64,000 bases of DNA, taken from IMG/VR virus record IMGVR_UViG_3300035686_000003, positions 32,001 to 96,000 of that record. The stretch is one strand, 5' to 3'. The position numbers and the translations under genes were made by a program. This DNA is from a virus. Its lineage: Duplodnaviria > Caudoviricetes. The stretch's first letter is position 1. Every line of letters starts with the position of its first letter. The notes under the pieces were generated by a model, which did no database searches, was not told the origin of the DNA, and worked only from the letters and a program-made list of their open reading frames with translations. This document shows positions 32,101 to 38,982 of the stretch, in pieces.

Positions 32101-34370
32101 TTGACGAGAACGCTCGAAAGAATGGGACTGATCCGAAGGTCGTTGCTGAACAGAAAGCTGGTCTACAAGATAGGCTGAAGATTGTTCGCCAAACCATTGA
32201 GGCGAACAGAGAATACGCTGAGACAGTAGAAGGTAGAGAGAACAGCAAGCGAGCTAGAGAACAATCCATCGAATTGTCTCGTGGTGAACTGGCTGTAATG
32301 AAACAGCAGCTAGAGGCAGCGGAAGCGATTGCTCAAGTAAACCCGTTGGCACCTGAAGCCTTGGGTATCCCTGAGATGCAGAAGGCGATCGCTCTCAAGG
32401 AAGCTGAGTTAACTCTCACTGAACAGATTGCTGGCATTGAGGACAAGAGATTCACCAACGACATGACCGATGAGGCGGCAGACAAGAGGATAGCCGACTT
32501 AAGGAAAGAGAACGAGCAACTAGTAGAAAACATCAACAAACGTGCCGAACGTGCAACCAAAGAGCAAGAGTTCGCCCGTCGCAGAGCAGCACTCGACAAC
32601 CGTAACCAAGACGTTGAGCTGAAGGGTTCAGTGACGGAAGCTCTCGCAAGGAACATTGAGTTGGGACGCTCCACAGGTGAACCTATCGCAATGAGATTCG
32701 AGCAGCAGCGATCGCAACAACAGCTCAGCTTTGATAGGCAGATGCTCGACTTAGATGAGCTTGAGGCTAGCGGGAAGCGCACCAAGGAAGAGATTGCGGC
32801 GTTACGAGCTGAATATACTCGACTCAATGAAGTGAGTCTGGACAACCTTAAGGCAGAGCAACAACGTGCGACTGAAGACCGGATCATGGAAATCTCTGGT
32901 CGTATGACTTCTTCACGAGTAGGAGTCCTCAATGGTCGTGCCGATCTTCTGAGTTCGATGGGCTTAGATACTCAAAGTAAAAGTTATAGACGGCAAGCAG
33001 CCATTAGTGACCAACAGCAAAACTATAGCCAACAGTCGCTTGAGCTAGAGCGGTTTATAGCGCAACAGCAGCTGAGTAACGAGCAAGCACTGGAGTTGAG
33101 GACTTCGTTGTCAGAGGTTAATAACATGAGCATGGAGAAAATCAACAATGAGTTCTCCACTTGGAACGAATTAATGGTTGGCGTCCAAGGTTCGTTTGAG
33201 TCGGCTTTTACTTCAATCCTTGACGGGAGCAAAACAATTGGGGAAGCCGCAATGGACTTCCTGAAAGGGATTGGAAGCCAGTTGGCGTCAATGGCTAGTA
33301 AGATGCTTGTTGATAAGTTATTTGGTGGTTTGTTCGGCAAAGGTAACGAAGATCAAGAAGCTAAAAAAGCTGGATTAATTTCCCAAGGCGGAATCATTGG
33401 CGAAATGACAGGTGGGAATCCTTTGGCTCAATACTCTGCCTTAAATCCCTTGCCAGTGAGCTTGGTTAACACCAGTGCTTTAGCAGGACTAGGAGGATTT
33501 GGTGGAGGTGGTGCAAACCTATTTCAAAAGTCTTCTGGAGGTGGCATTTTTGATGTGTTCAAAGGTAGCGGAAGTTTGTTTGGTAGTGCAAATCAATTCC
33601 AAAATCCTGTTGCGGTAAACATGGTGGGAGCTAGCAATAACGTTTTTGAGCCTATTACTAAAGGTATTGGAGGTGTGTTCAGTAGCCTGATGGGTGGAGG
33701 TGCTGGTGGAGGACTTGGCGGAATTGTCGGAAGCTTACTCGGTGGCTTAGGCGGAGGGGGAGCTGCTGGTGGTGGAATGGGCGGAGGCTTTGGTTCTCTG
33801 ATAAGCACTGGACTCAGCTTGGTGTCAAGTATCTTCGGGTTCCATAATGGAGGGATTGTAGGAGATGCTGCTCATGTGCAAGCGTACGCTAGTGGAGGCG
33901 TTGTAAGTGGTTGTGGTTGCCGTGCTTGTAGCTTCGCTCAAGGGGGGACGGTCGGCAGTGGAATAGAAGAAAGTTTGGAAGCTGCGATGAAACGAGAACG
34001 CTCAATGAATGGGGGAAAACGGGCTAGGGTGATTATTGCCACTGACGGAGAGTTAATTGTTCCAAACAAAATAGTCAACAGACTTAATGATCGTCAAAAA
34101 GCTTTTCTTATTGGAAAATCATCTGCCCCTTCTGCCTCTATGATGAATTATGCCACTGGAGGAATAGTAGGCTCACAGATGGGTTCTTCCATTGCAAATA
34201 ATGTTACGAACATGGGTGGAAGCACCAAGATTGAAGGCAGCACAGTAAATGTTGGCGAAGGCGGCAACATGAGCCGTTCAGAAGCTGCACAACTGAAGCA
34301 AATGATTGATGCGTCAGTCATGCAGACAATCTCGAAACAGACCCGTCCTAGAGGTTTGCTTTCAAGGTAA
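20133..34370 (+). CDS. Giant multidomain tape measure protein (4745 aa)
   Basis: N-terminal LGTLSLHIEADT; tape domain QMISKGTVSSEELRQQLGE; two GxSxG hydrolases, HEIQH, M23-like HAHIE, long coiled coils, C-terminal FHNGG/YASGG/DGELIVP. Confidence 0.9.
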   Translation: MALGSGGNLGTLSLHIEADTRDFDTKILQVEKRAAEAGRRMSKSLGGELFKGLDSPLSVNVDHTSLKELNAHLDLKRKHLHQVIEDFKRNPIVAKYKVEGKEALENSSETLKALSNKQVGVSVLGTGKALGEMEAIASKDLSQTARIDIEIHGEKDLDRILRKMQRLQDRSIRVNVTSANYEDISAPIISAGIKKTGLVPDNSPQERALLKAIEKVGGKEQNAPLSAGGQEMKTAVSQALRENQQSFGSQAAATVVSTLVERTVGLALEEGFSRVMLIISNVIKDKLRFLDYIGLKGLRQELEKTVTKNYRQVAYTEQGRIGGFRGLARDVRKVATLPAKMLAAPASQVIGGFYGGIGQAYASAFARGSMNKFQERTGKSVEEVGEKASGGLAGRFTGTNIAEGLVSRAGTIKGAQDFIEPRLRTAALGRAVQTVDPTGQIEKVLQPILKRYGVRLNTEPLRNADPEPITNSIKKISQALKQNDIQRDVANFTRSILTLGKVIKTTQQNVNQATTPEERSSRRGQADAARAEQIVEILGNLETTARNATEPIISNYKKEVAAAAKALGVELSNIKIDPDKQLGQDIKNVAIVSGGFAGMQGEAGQRQAPMYEQILGDGTKVVPFNNEDFDTSVKAQDDKPAWVRDIAGLFARNISKGYNPASIKMAQQAAEYKLTNPAVDLQLIGHSAGGIIVKEAQAMLKEIGIEAKAIALGSPNIRDAAFNGTDSNFLSFMAEKDMLNPLSGETTPRIPGIENHSIDEYLSNQAVQAVLKTVSKVGITPRLIEILNKTGTEFSDLTTLTQALEDHLREFTGSLDNATQEVANQNIAPLQTPETDPKQAALKARVLLLARKSQQIIPNFNPANYGNAASAASTNRQQALQALESVKGFDFNQQLSTQTSNELRKAIRNLQSFLKRAGQEDNNNSITELEQLPLDELSTLIETNVAAVNSIAANYQSSAQQIDDLKARLGSLTVKDLREIGGKANIPNLSQLNKDPLINKLTEPQNAFNVAKFASEKELLKSIRNAEKKATQALQTAQKLSGDEKLKLLAEIRQSIEAQIRNIDANSERVTDSGYRQRLGATKGRLGQSYRRTFDVSSVEIDTTRQSLQNAIDQGGATPGLSAAYTTPPKNFQRLVANAAQAAGVELNEKNQPELVEDDIKLLALGSKAFYDFTKNQVIVSRRTAQALKSSVTDLHKYEEELGEAIHEIQHAADLGFSKLDPTNFGSQIIEKSANIPTIEDSQLTKKLLKQVEGSVSNYKMLRPNASPAELAAVRKLEMHASYQQKNAPQYINQLKDKYGQTKTSRTELEGIKKNPFENISKQFENFVNTIKKVLRSLFAAFENTSRGLAIADSFATLSNVFENFNKQMLRYGEELQEVFNNISLAFDFVIGMFMEKNAHVDKLVQKAERFYVNFQRTKKGVADPSEGLPSGVKVTENNLVSKNRSYSFQSKSGKEVGVYFSHKKNMSDVHFDIDKSMSTKVNDMSQKEKDAIALKVLKIMKHDAKSRKEGYRYKTSAYTGDDYGAVRSEAYEQIAGFSRPVAGKVGGYQFAVVQGGKLTPDNKKLEQQEYIHDHSPDDVSQNLAQFKELLAIQRQAAKAAAANNRANKGLSVANGRGLDEAYENFEKFVNKVNDKAEELIKATFTPELKQRRVIESAEAIKSSAPTGKAAMPAADKEFSTYLSAGFSGMQGFNPQVYEKMAGVLGEKHNFVPITNEEYDTDATVFDDLPVFLKSALERITAGGMKGINPAAAKMAQRAYEDYQLDPSKKIRFAGYSAGAHVASDALEIFKQLAPNADARAVGIGGAPFDQRRSTLRPEQYVNMLRKDDLLLRAFAGAFKMNGANQRIIEPSVNKGAIKALDAHFIEGYADDQNTARELKYLIEASESEIQAFLSSVADSSSVLSVFADNAGAYKGTAEEIIKQLDNLASALEQKTAQIQPRMQQRGQASLNSVMQSGMGAFNNTLSNAQGLRQTPAQMQRLMAEARKRAMQSAAATGIREGQGILNSGINKTSSLAETFRQPGVKVIQAYGEDRKAQVRASSAQAIASVANATEAVSNSISEAARVLAEKAQNTNNDALKLLYNELSLNTPVLEAIAQRTGQKVETIIQNIASEAENSINEKTQQLSSGYQGGIDAVQEGGEQAKGFVNVVAGLSQRATTDPIGAFNEAKALLAGKILDDLKARFPIFGEIQRRFGMITGAASALVGAFVGFAVLKGVMLFFEKIGFAAIEVATRFENLERIIRFTSGSATEAAQNISFVQGLSDKFALNPEKAMSGFAQMSAAALETPLQGEGVKKIQSSISQASAVYGLAPESQERVFVALNQMISKGTVSSEELRQQLGESLPGALNIAARSMGVTTSEFNKMLEQGQVLSEDFLPKFAAQLAAETEGGVAGAATSAQAKINRFNNAILTSQNILGKGLMPVKNFGLDVLTGLLTGLTKILPVVAHLMGSLLFASVLQLGKSFYMLAANPMVRGAVWGGLKGAIGGLITIIKSLSGYISQFAKAFLVFTAITEGYKMFKAATADGGGESRTYADKLTEGLGKYRKALADARGETEALKKSTRPETLLDATFLGNLMPKEIEENDSLAKKAGYYAGKFTSTGLLNEDQIEGMSKNALGRTALQWGLGGITGAQKGFGLATFEEKKFADQQVATGDIRSAANETTSQIISAIPGKELAALKEYDRKLRDIQIKRRGISETQPQNKEALRKLKEEEAQILKNRDAAQKPISALQAQAQSSVDALKAEVEKYEKLALEPGKNQAYYKETLAGLKGDLEAAYKFQDKLNQSVGEAVNAFILLQRQLQNVADRLADANDRIQMIANSAKADLFGRTDLTPGQREAGQQEIEQAALGEQIKQRQSAIQQYQVLLEDADSQKILEARGITNVDAIGQAELGTLAGKAKDGTQEKEVLTRLQDVKRLKLETQDLTAQLAQSQAATRDRIYDANKQIIDYFREVSRQSAELALSTKEAGAQIAMQEQKNKLKSALQGFQDNFFSSFVDSLIEGVDSLNEPIAAAIEREREVQSAKFAKDDRDRQAYELQRSLPLAGAEVKLDFGALDSAPVKELEKTLQKSAEASKQVTAASKETGAAIADSSKQAGNLNTNVTKVAEDTKETKAATDNVTTALKENVEAAQKVGGQVYLNTQEVDANTLAIGGTNDALGNQSDALAGLGGQLLEQGGLIDGINSIWNTVSGTIAGAAARTWDWFKGLVANTPILSGIMETLDGWAKSIQNAIAKAWEFFKGLADNVPFLRSIADAVGAIGSGIGGAVQNGMQAIGIGREQINTGKGVGVVGKYTIVESVGGAIQNVNTFRDLEKHHPSRGREAGRSYGHVDGEFEEIRNTRDGRTLVKKDFVLSKNGNQNVDIPAMASGFVKVLGDATNTVQIYADKEMTKLLGQSLHQRSVAVKTGQFVNYGQSLGIQGDRGSPGAIHAHIELEKSRFEQYIKDLKDGTFEGVNGGVSTALDGAGGSVVKLGQTMVQELAHYPGDGHNHGGFDGKQSQAERSNLQGAGNILRGGNFNPFAGGSNSFAARVVGHSEGNRTATGGFNRGYRGHGDPGNGQRNVGSFSVQTGTHGNMSAEQADVYWQKKLAAVLPQFQTAARGAGLDPNNPKLLANFLDLHTQSPAAATDKGHRNFLSQLPAIAKAGMSDESILQARMSGYYRNNGRANFPGFGNDPNRLRRDQMRRMAALQAALPGAIQATGAPAGSSGVVASGAAPAAQQNLPVLAPVPFASMSSTSVDTAPLSAAQAESERIRREQERQAIAKERARNEEARVQGEQRQRQRLEQLRQSIRDTEGDRIQTNRQFTNLGLDAQIQTPDVESSRKILGVNETYDDLERDIAEKVRKATAGRDQARATLQKLSSPDYVPQPGQDVGRDIEATRTAITQAEKYLGDLTRIQGELKGQRQERIRFEEEQAAREKKLREQQERFATEEISISVLEAEAQRLKDLRGRGVRDQGTENLPKLEATIAARREELQLQQKLSEIDENARKNGTDPKVVAEQKAGLQDRLKIVRQTIEANREYAETVEGRENSKRAREQSIELSRGELAVMKQQLEAAEAIAQVNPLAPEALGIPEMQKAIALKEAELTLTEQIAGIEDKRFTNDMTDEAADKRIADLRKENEQLVENINKRAERATKEQEFARRRAALDNRNQDVELKGSVTEALARNIELGRSTGEPIAMRFEQQRSQQQLSFDRQMLDLDELEASGKRTKEEIAALRAEYTRLNEVSLDNLKAEQQRATEDRIMEISGRMTSSRVGVLNGRADLLSSMGLDTQSKSYRRQAAISDQQQNYSQQSLELERFIAQQQLSNEQALELRTSLSEVNNMSMEKINNEFSTWNELMVGVQGSFESAFTSILDGSKTIGEAAMDFLKGIGSQLASMASKMLVDKLFGGLFGKGNEDQEAKKAGLISQGGIIGEMTGGNPLAQYSALNPLPVSLVNTSALAGLGGFGGGGANLFQKSSGGGIFDVFKGSGSLFGSANQFQNPVAVNMVGASNNVFEPITKGIGGVFSSLMGGGAGGGLGGIVGSLLGGLGGGGAAGGGMGGGFGSLISTGLSLVSSIFGFHNGGIVGDAAHVQAYASGGVVSGCGCRACSFAQGGTVGSGIEESLEAAMKRERSMNGGKRARVIIATDGELIVPNKIVNRLNDRQKAFLIGKSSAPSASMMNYATGGIVGSQMGSSIANNVTNMGGSTKIEGSTVNVGEGGNMSRSEAAQLKQMIDASVMQTISKQTRPRGLLSR

Positions 34371-34402
34371 GCGTTTAGTCAATCTTCGTTAGGCTGTCAA
34401 TA

Positions 34403-34780
34403 ATGACGTAAATTGATTTATTGTGTGATGCGGGTGGGGCGAAACTCTTCCAACACCACGATAGTTTTTGTGAAGACCGGATCAAATTGGACTAGTCTCC
34501 ATTTGTTATGACAAGATCAAATTGATCTAGTGACCGGATCAAATTGATCCACTCCTCTTATATATAAAGAGACTAAGAAAAGACTAACTATCTCGCAAGC
34601 GGGTTAGGTAGCTAGTTTTGAGGTCACAAGAGAGTATCGTAGAAGCAGAGATCTCGGTTGCTCACGCTAAGAATCGAAGACCCTCCAAGAACAAACCTTG
34701 TCGTACTCAATGAAATTCAAGATCAAGAACCCTCGCACGAAATACCGTTACAACTCCGGAGGAAGAGTTTCGCCCCTGCC
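34403..34780. repeat. Non-coding degenerate copy of the iteron/linker part of 51560..52927, bounded by a 16-bp inverted repeat
   Basis: ACCGGATCAAATTG at 34476 and 34533 (variant at 34511); GGGGCGAAACTCTTCC 34436-34451 and GGAAGAGTTTCGCCCC 34761-34776. Confidence 0.8.
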
Positions 34781-34960
34781 ATGCCGCAAAAAAAGTCTTT
34801 AAGCCGCCCAAAACCAACCGAACGTCCAAAGACACTACTCTAACTCACAACAGCTGCTACAGCCGTCACCATTGACCGCTAAGGATAACTCTTGCGTACA
34901 ATCACATATTGTTGGACTACCAAAGCTTGCGACCATGAGGTAGTACTTTAGCCTTGTGTT

Positions 34961-35455
34961 ATGACCGTAGCTCCATCTAACCCCTCTGAAATCAAAGGTA
35001 GTGGAATCCTTGGTGGTGGTGGATGCTTCGTTGCGGACACCCTGATTTGGACTGAGGACGGAACCAAGCCGATCCGTGACATTCGTGAAGGCGATCGCGT
35101 CTTATGCTTCGACAGTCACCGAAAGCTGCACTTTAGCGAAGTAATTGCAACATCGTTCCATTGCAACTATGACGTGTGGCGCTATAGGTTCTGGGGTGGT
35201 GAGTTCATTGCGACTCCCAACCACTATGTTTATACCGAGCAGAATGCATTCCAAGAGATCGGGAAGCTTGAGAGAGACGCACCCCTCTACAACTCCTCTT
35301 GGCAAGTGCTACCTCTTGAGTCATCGGTTTACATTGGCAAGGCTAATGTTTACAACTTCTGGGTGGCAGGTTATCACACATACTTTGTTACAGAGTCAGC
35401 GATAGCCGTCCACAACGGCAAACACAAAAAAGGAGCTTATCTTTTGCAAGAATAA
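34961..35455 (+). CDS. Orphan Hint (BIL/intein-like) protein, a truncated duplicate of the tail-tip J 5' end
   Basis: GSGILGGGG|CFVADT...ATPNH...VYNFWV..YHTY...VHN|G; Hint domain 35024-35416. Confidence 0.8.
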   Translation: MTVAPSNPSEIKGSGILGGGGCFVADTLIWTEDGTKPIRDIREGDRVLCFDSHRKLHFSEVIATSFHCNYDVWRYRFWGGEFIATPNHYVYTEQNAFQEIGKLERDAPLYNSSWQVLPLESSVYIGKANVYNFWVAGYHTYFVTESAIAVHNGKHKKGAYLLQE

Positions 35456-35460
35456 ACTCC
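35426..35460 (-). terminator. Intrinsic terminator of the antisense HNH gene
   Basis: GGAGCTTATCTT/AAGAATAAACTCC stem with a U-tract on the minus strand. Confidence 0.55.
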
Positions 35461-35472
35461 CTTTAAAACCGA

Positions 35473-36207
35473 TTAGTAATCTTTGCCTTTGATTTGCCCT
35501 CCAATCTCTCTGTAAGCTTGCCCTTTGGTTATTCGTTCTATTGTCGATATTCCTAATTCATACTTTGACGCTATTTTTGCTAAAGAATCACCTACAAAAC
35601 GGAGGTTTCTTATGTCCAAAACGTCTGAAGGTTCAAGAAGACGTGTCGTTGTCGCCTTTTTGAGAAGTTCATAATCCTTTCCTTTAACAAGTCCACCTAT
35701 ATGCTTCTACTTGTTTCCAAGCACAATGTTGCCTACTATAGTGTGTCCAAGTCCATATTCTTTGGCTAAAGTCTCAAAAGATATGTTTTCGTAGGCATAC
35801 CTCGTTCTAATTTCAATTACAATGTTTTCGTTGATCTTAGCACTGCCTGTTCCTTTTCCTTTCGATTGCCGATCTGCTTCAACCTTATCAATGACGTTTT
35901 CTGCTTGAGAGCCTAAAACTAAATGCTGTGGGTTACAACACTGTGGGTTGTGGCACATATGCCTTACTATCTTTTCAGAAGGTATTTCTTGTTTGTTATA
36001 AACCTGCCACATCAATCGATGAAGTCGTACACATCGACCTATCCCCTTGAGGTCAACAACTCCGTACCCGTGGTTTCTGTGACCGTTCCAGTTCCAGCAT
36101 CCAGATGAAGAAACGCTAATGTTTGATTCTATTTTCACCTGCTGATCAGGAGTTAACTCAGTCGGCAATTTCATAAATTTTATATTCTTCATGACTCTTC
36201 CTCTCAT
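35473..36207 (-). pseudogene. HNH endonuclease with two C-terminal HTH repeats, interrupted by an in-frame TAG at 35709-35707
   Basis: GCWNW...GYG...HR...VRHMCHNPQCCNPQHL..G...N; after the TAG the frame continues KHIGGLVKGKDY...ITKGQAYREIGGQIKGKDY to TAA 35475-35473. Confidence 0.75.
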
Positions 36208-36240
36208 GTGTCCCCAACAGGTTAACAGTTAGAAAACGAA

Positions 36241-38976
36241 ATGTCAAATGTCGCTAACCATTACGACCCATACTCTCAAATCACTGGTTCTGGTCTACTG
36301 GGTGGCGGCTGTTTTGTTGGCGAAACTGTTGTTCTTACTCCAAGTGGACACAAGTTTTTAAAGGATCTTAGGGTTGGAGATAGCGTTTTTTCGTACAAGC
36401 CAACAGGAGAGTTGGTTAATGGAAAAATTGTCGAAACTCATTTCCATGAAAAATATTTAGTCAACGAATATGTTTTGTGGCAAACGCAATTTGTTGCCAC
36501 ACCTAATCATCACGTCTTAACAGAAAATAACGCCTACAAACAAATACAACACTTCAAAATTAACGAGTGTTTAGTTGATGCATTAGGCGAACTTCAGCCA
36601 CTTGTTGCAGTTGAGAACGTTTCGCAACCCCGTGATGTTTACAATCTTACGGTAGAGCCTTATCACAACTATTTAATTACTGAAAAAGGAATAAGAGTTT
36701 CCAATGGGGGAGGTGGAAAATCTTCTGGAGGTGGCAAAGCTGAGGATGACGCATACAAAAGCAATGCAACAGCTTACATCCTTGAACTCTTGTCAGCGGG
36801 AGTAGTCGAAGGTATCGTTGGTGGGCAGAAGGGAATCTTTCTCGACAAGACACCAATCCAGAACGAAGATGGAACGTTAAACTTTAAGAATTTTAAGTAC
36901 GACTTTCGACCTGGCACCCAATATCAGGAATTCATGCCAGGTTATGCCGATGAGATTTCATCAGAGAAGTCGGTAGACCAAGAAGTTAAGAAATCCCAGC
37001 CAGTAGCTCGAACAGTCATCTCCTCTCAGATTGATGGCATTCGAGTTCGCATCGCCCTGCAACAGCAGAAGTACGAAGAGAACGGTGATGTTGTTGGCAT
37101 GGAAATGAGGTACAGGATTTATCTCAAGCAAGGAGGTGGTGCATTCGAGTTACGTGTCGATAAAGAAAAGGAAGGTCGGTTCTCATCGCTCACAGAATTT
37201 GAGTACTACTTGCCCGTCAACAACATGGGCGGAACCATTGACCAGTTCACTGTGAGAGTGGAAAAGGTCACGGATGACGTTGAAGATGGAGACACAAAGA
37301 AGCAACAGGTACTGAAGTGGCAGTCGTACACAGAAGTTATTGAGACAAAGCTAAGGTATGCTCATTCAGCAATCATTGGTGAGCAGTTCAATCCCAAAGA
37401 CTTTTCCTCAATCCCTTCAAGGCAATATAAACTAGCTGGTATACTAGTCCAGATTCCCAGCAACACAGTAGTTGATCCTGTTGACAGAGGATTGAACTTT
37501 ACTTCAGCTATCTGGGATGGGACATTCTACACTCCTGCATTAGCTTGTGCTGACCCTGCTTGGATTGCCTACTACCTGCTCACTGACCCTATCAATGGAC
37601 TCGGTAGATACATCGATGCCCCCTCCATAGATCGGTGGAGCTTGTATCGTGCAAGTCACTACAACAATGAGAAAGTACCCAACGGTTTAGGGGGGCTAGA
37701 GCGACGATTTTCGTGCCATACGGTACTTCAGCAACGAGAGGATGCTTGGAAGGTTCTAGAGGCTGTTTTTTCATCGTTCAACTGTTCCCACTATTGGGCA
37801 GATGGCACAGTGTACTTTGTACAAGACAGACCTCTTGCTCCTGGTGAAGAATACAAGTGGCAGTTCACCCAAGCAGACGTTGAAGGTGGTCAGTTCAGCT
37901 ATAGCTACTCTGCACTACGATCACGTTCATCAGTCGCAATGGTTACTTGGAATGACCCTAGCGACTATTACAATCAAACCATTGAGCCTGTCGAAGATCC
38001 TGAAGGTCTAGCAAAGTACGGGTACAAGGAGATTGAATTTGCTGCGTTTGGGTGCATCTCCAGAGGTCAAGCGATTAGGAAAGGTCGATATGTCTTGTTC
38101 TCGAACAATCGAGAGACACAGACGGTCACGTTTTCTGCTCGCTCATGGGCAGCTTACGTTCGTCCTGGTGAGATTATCCAGATTGCTGATGCTCAACGGG
38201 CAGCTATCCGTTATGGAGGATTAGTCAAAGCTTCTACGCCAGAGACGGTAACCCTTGATGCGCCAATCCAGATTCTTTCAACGGGTTATCGCATCACTTG
38301 CATGACAGCAGCAGGAACATTGCAGACCAGAAACATTACGAATGCTCTTGGGTCAACTCCTTCTGTAGCTGTAGACAAAGTTTTTACCATACCTATTCTT
38401 CCTGAGTCAAACTGGGTTGTTGCTTTGCCTAGCATCTTGCCGCAACTGTTCCGAGTCATCTCAAACTCATCTGACCCAAACGATCCGACGAAGCACACAA
38501 TCACAGCGATACAGTACATCCCAGAGAAGTTCAACTTCATTGAAAATGGATGGGCAATTCCTGATCGTCCCATTCGACAAACTGTACCTGTCATTGTTGC
38601 TCAGCCGCGATCGCCTACTTTAGCTTCAACGACTGTCAATGGTTCACCTAACTTAATCGTTAGCTGGCTACAGGCAACCAATCTTATCGACTACATTGAT
38701 CCTTTCGTGGATTCCTATGAAGTTGAGTGGTCACGAGACGGTATTACTTGGAATGAATCTCGAATTGTCGTAGGTACGAGTACTATTTACAACAATATAG
38801 TTCCTGGTATCTACTATGCACGAGTACGTTCTATCGATATTCAAGGAAAGGTTTCTGGACACGTTTTCACAGCCCCACACACAGTTCAAGTGGTATTGAC
38901 GCCACCAACACCCATTACAACTGAAAGTCAAAACTTTAGCAACTCTGGTAACTCTAGTAACGTTTGGTTATTTTAA
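36241..38976 (+). CDS. Tail tip / central tail hub protein (lambda J-like) with N-terminal Hint domain and C-terminal FN3-like domain
   Basis: ELLSAGVVEG, IFLDKTPIQN, DPAWIAYYLLT, IDRWSLY, FGCISRGQA.R.G; Hint domain 36310-36705 (C...SN|G). Confidence 0.9.
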   Translation: MSNVANHYDPYSQITGSGLLGGGCFVGETVVLTPSGHKFLKDLRVGDSVFSYKPTGELVNGKIVETHFHEKYLVNEYVLWQTQFVATPNHHVLTENNAYKQIQHFKINECLVDALGELQPLVAVENVSQPRDVYNLTVEPYHNYLITEKGIRVSNGGGGKSSGGGKAEDDAYKSNATAYILELLSAGVVEGIVGGQKGIFLDKTPIQNEDGTLNFKNFKYDFRPGTQYQEFMPGYADEISSEKSVDQEVKKSQPVARTVISSQIDGIRVRIALQQQKYEENGDVVGMEMRYRIYLKQGGGAFELRVDKEKEGRFSSLTEFEYYLPVNNMGGTIDQFTVRVEKVTDDVEDGDTKKQQVLKWQSYTEVIETKLRYAHSAIIGEQFNPKDFSSIPSRQYKLAGILVQIPSNTVVDPVDRGLNFTSAIWDGTFYTPALACADPAWIAYYLLTDPINGLGRYIDAPSIDRWSLYRASHYNNEKVPNGLGGLERRFSCHTVLQQREDAWKVLEAVFSSFNCSHYWADGTVYFVQDRPLAPGEEYKWQFTQADVEGGQFSYSYSALRSRSSVAMVTWNDPSDYYNQTIEPVEDPEGLAKYGYKEIEFAAFGCISRGQAIRKGRYVLFSNNRETQTVTFSARSWAAYVRPGEIIQIADAQRAAIRYGGLVKASTPETVTLDAPIQILSTGYRITCMTAAGTLQTRNITNALGSTPSVAVDKVFTIPILPESNWVVALPSILPQLFRVISNSSDPNDPTKHTITAIQYIPEKFNFIENGWAIPDRPIRQTVPVIVAQPRSPTLASTTVNGSPNLIVSWLQATNLIDYIDPFVDSYEVEWSRDGITWNESRIVVGTSTIYNNIVPGIYYARVRSIDIQGKVSGHVFTAPHTVQVVLTPPTPITTESQNFSNSGNSSNVWLF

Positions 38977-38982
38977 ATTATT

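Noticed and set aside
21975-33808. Antisense and nested ORFs inside the tape measure gene (likewise inside dnaE, nrdJ, dnaB, J)
   Set aside because: Shadow ORFs of strongly coding frames, with no motifs or clear RBS.
34658-34843. 61-aa ORF as a real gene
   Set aside because: It is a TTG-start translation of the degenerate initiator-linker copy.
35707-35709. Genome-wide TAG recoding
   Set aside because: Only one in-frame TAG was noticed; long genes read through in the standard code and TAG ends several normal genes.
35417-36705. Group I intron joining Hint-1 to J
   Set aside because: The interval is filled by an antisense HNH, its terminator and a second coding Hint copy; no room or motifs for a ribozyme core were seen.
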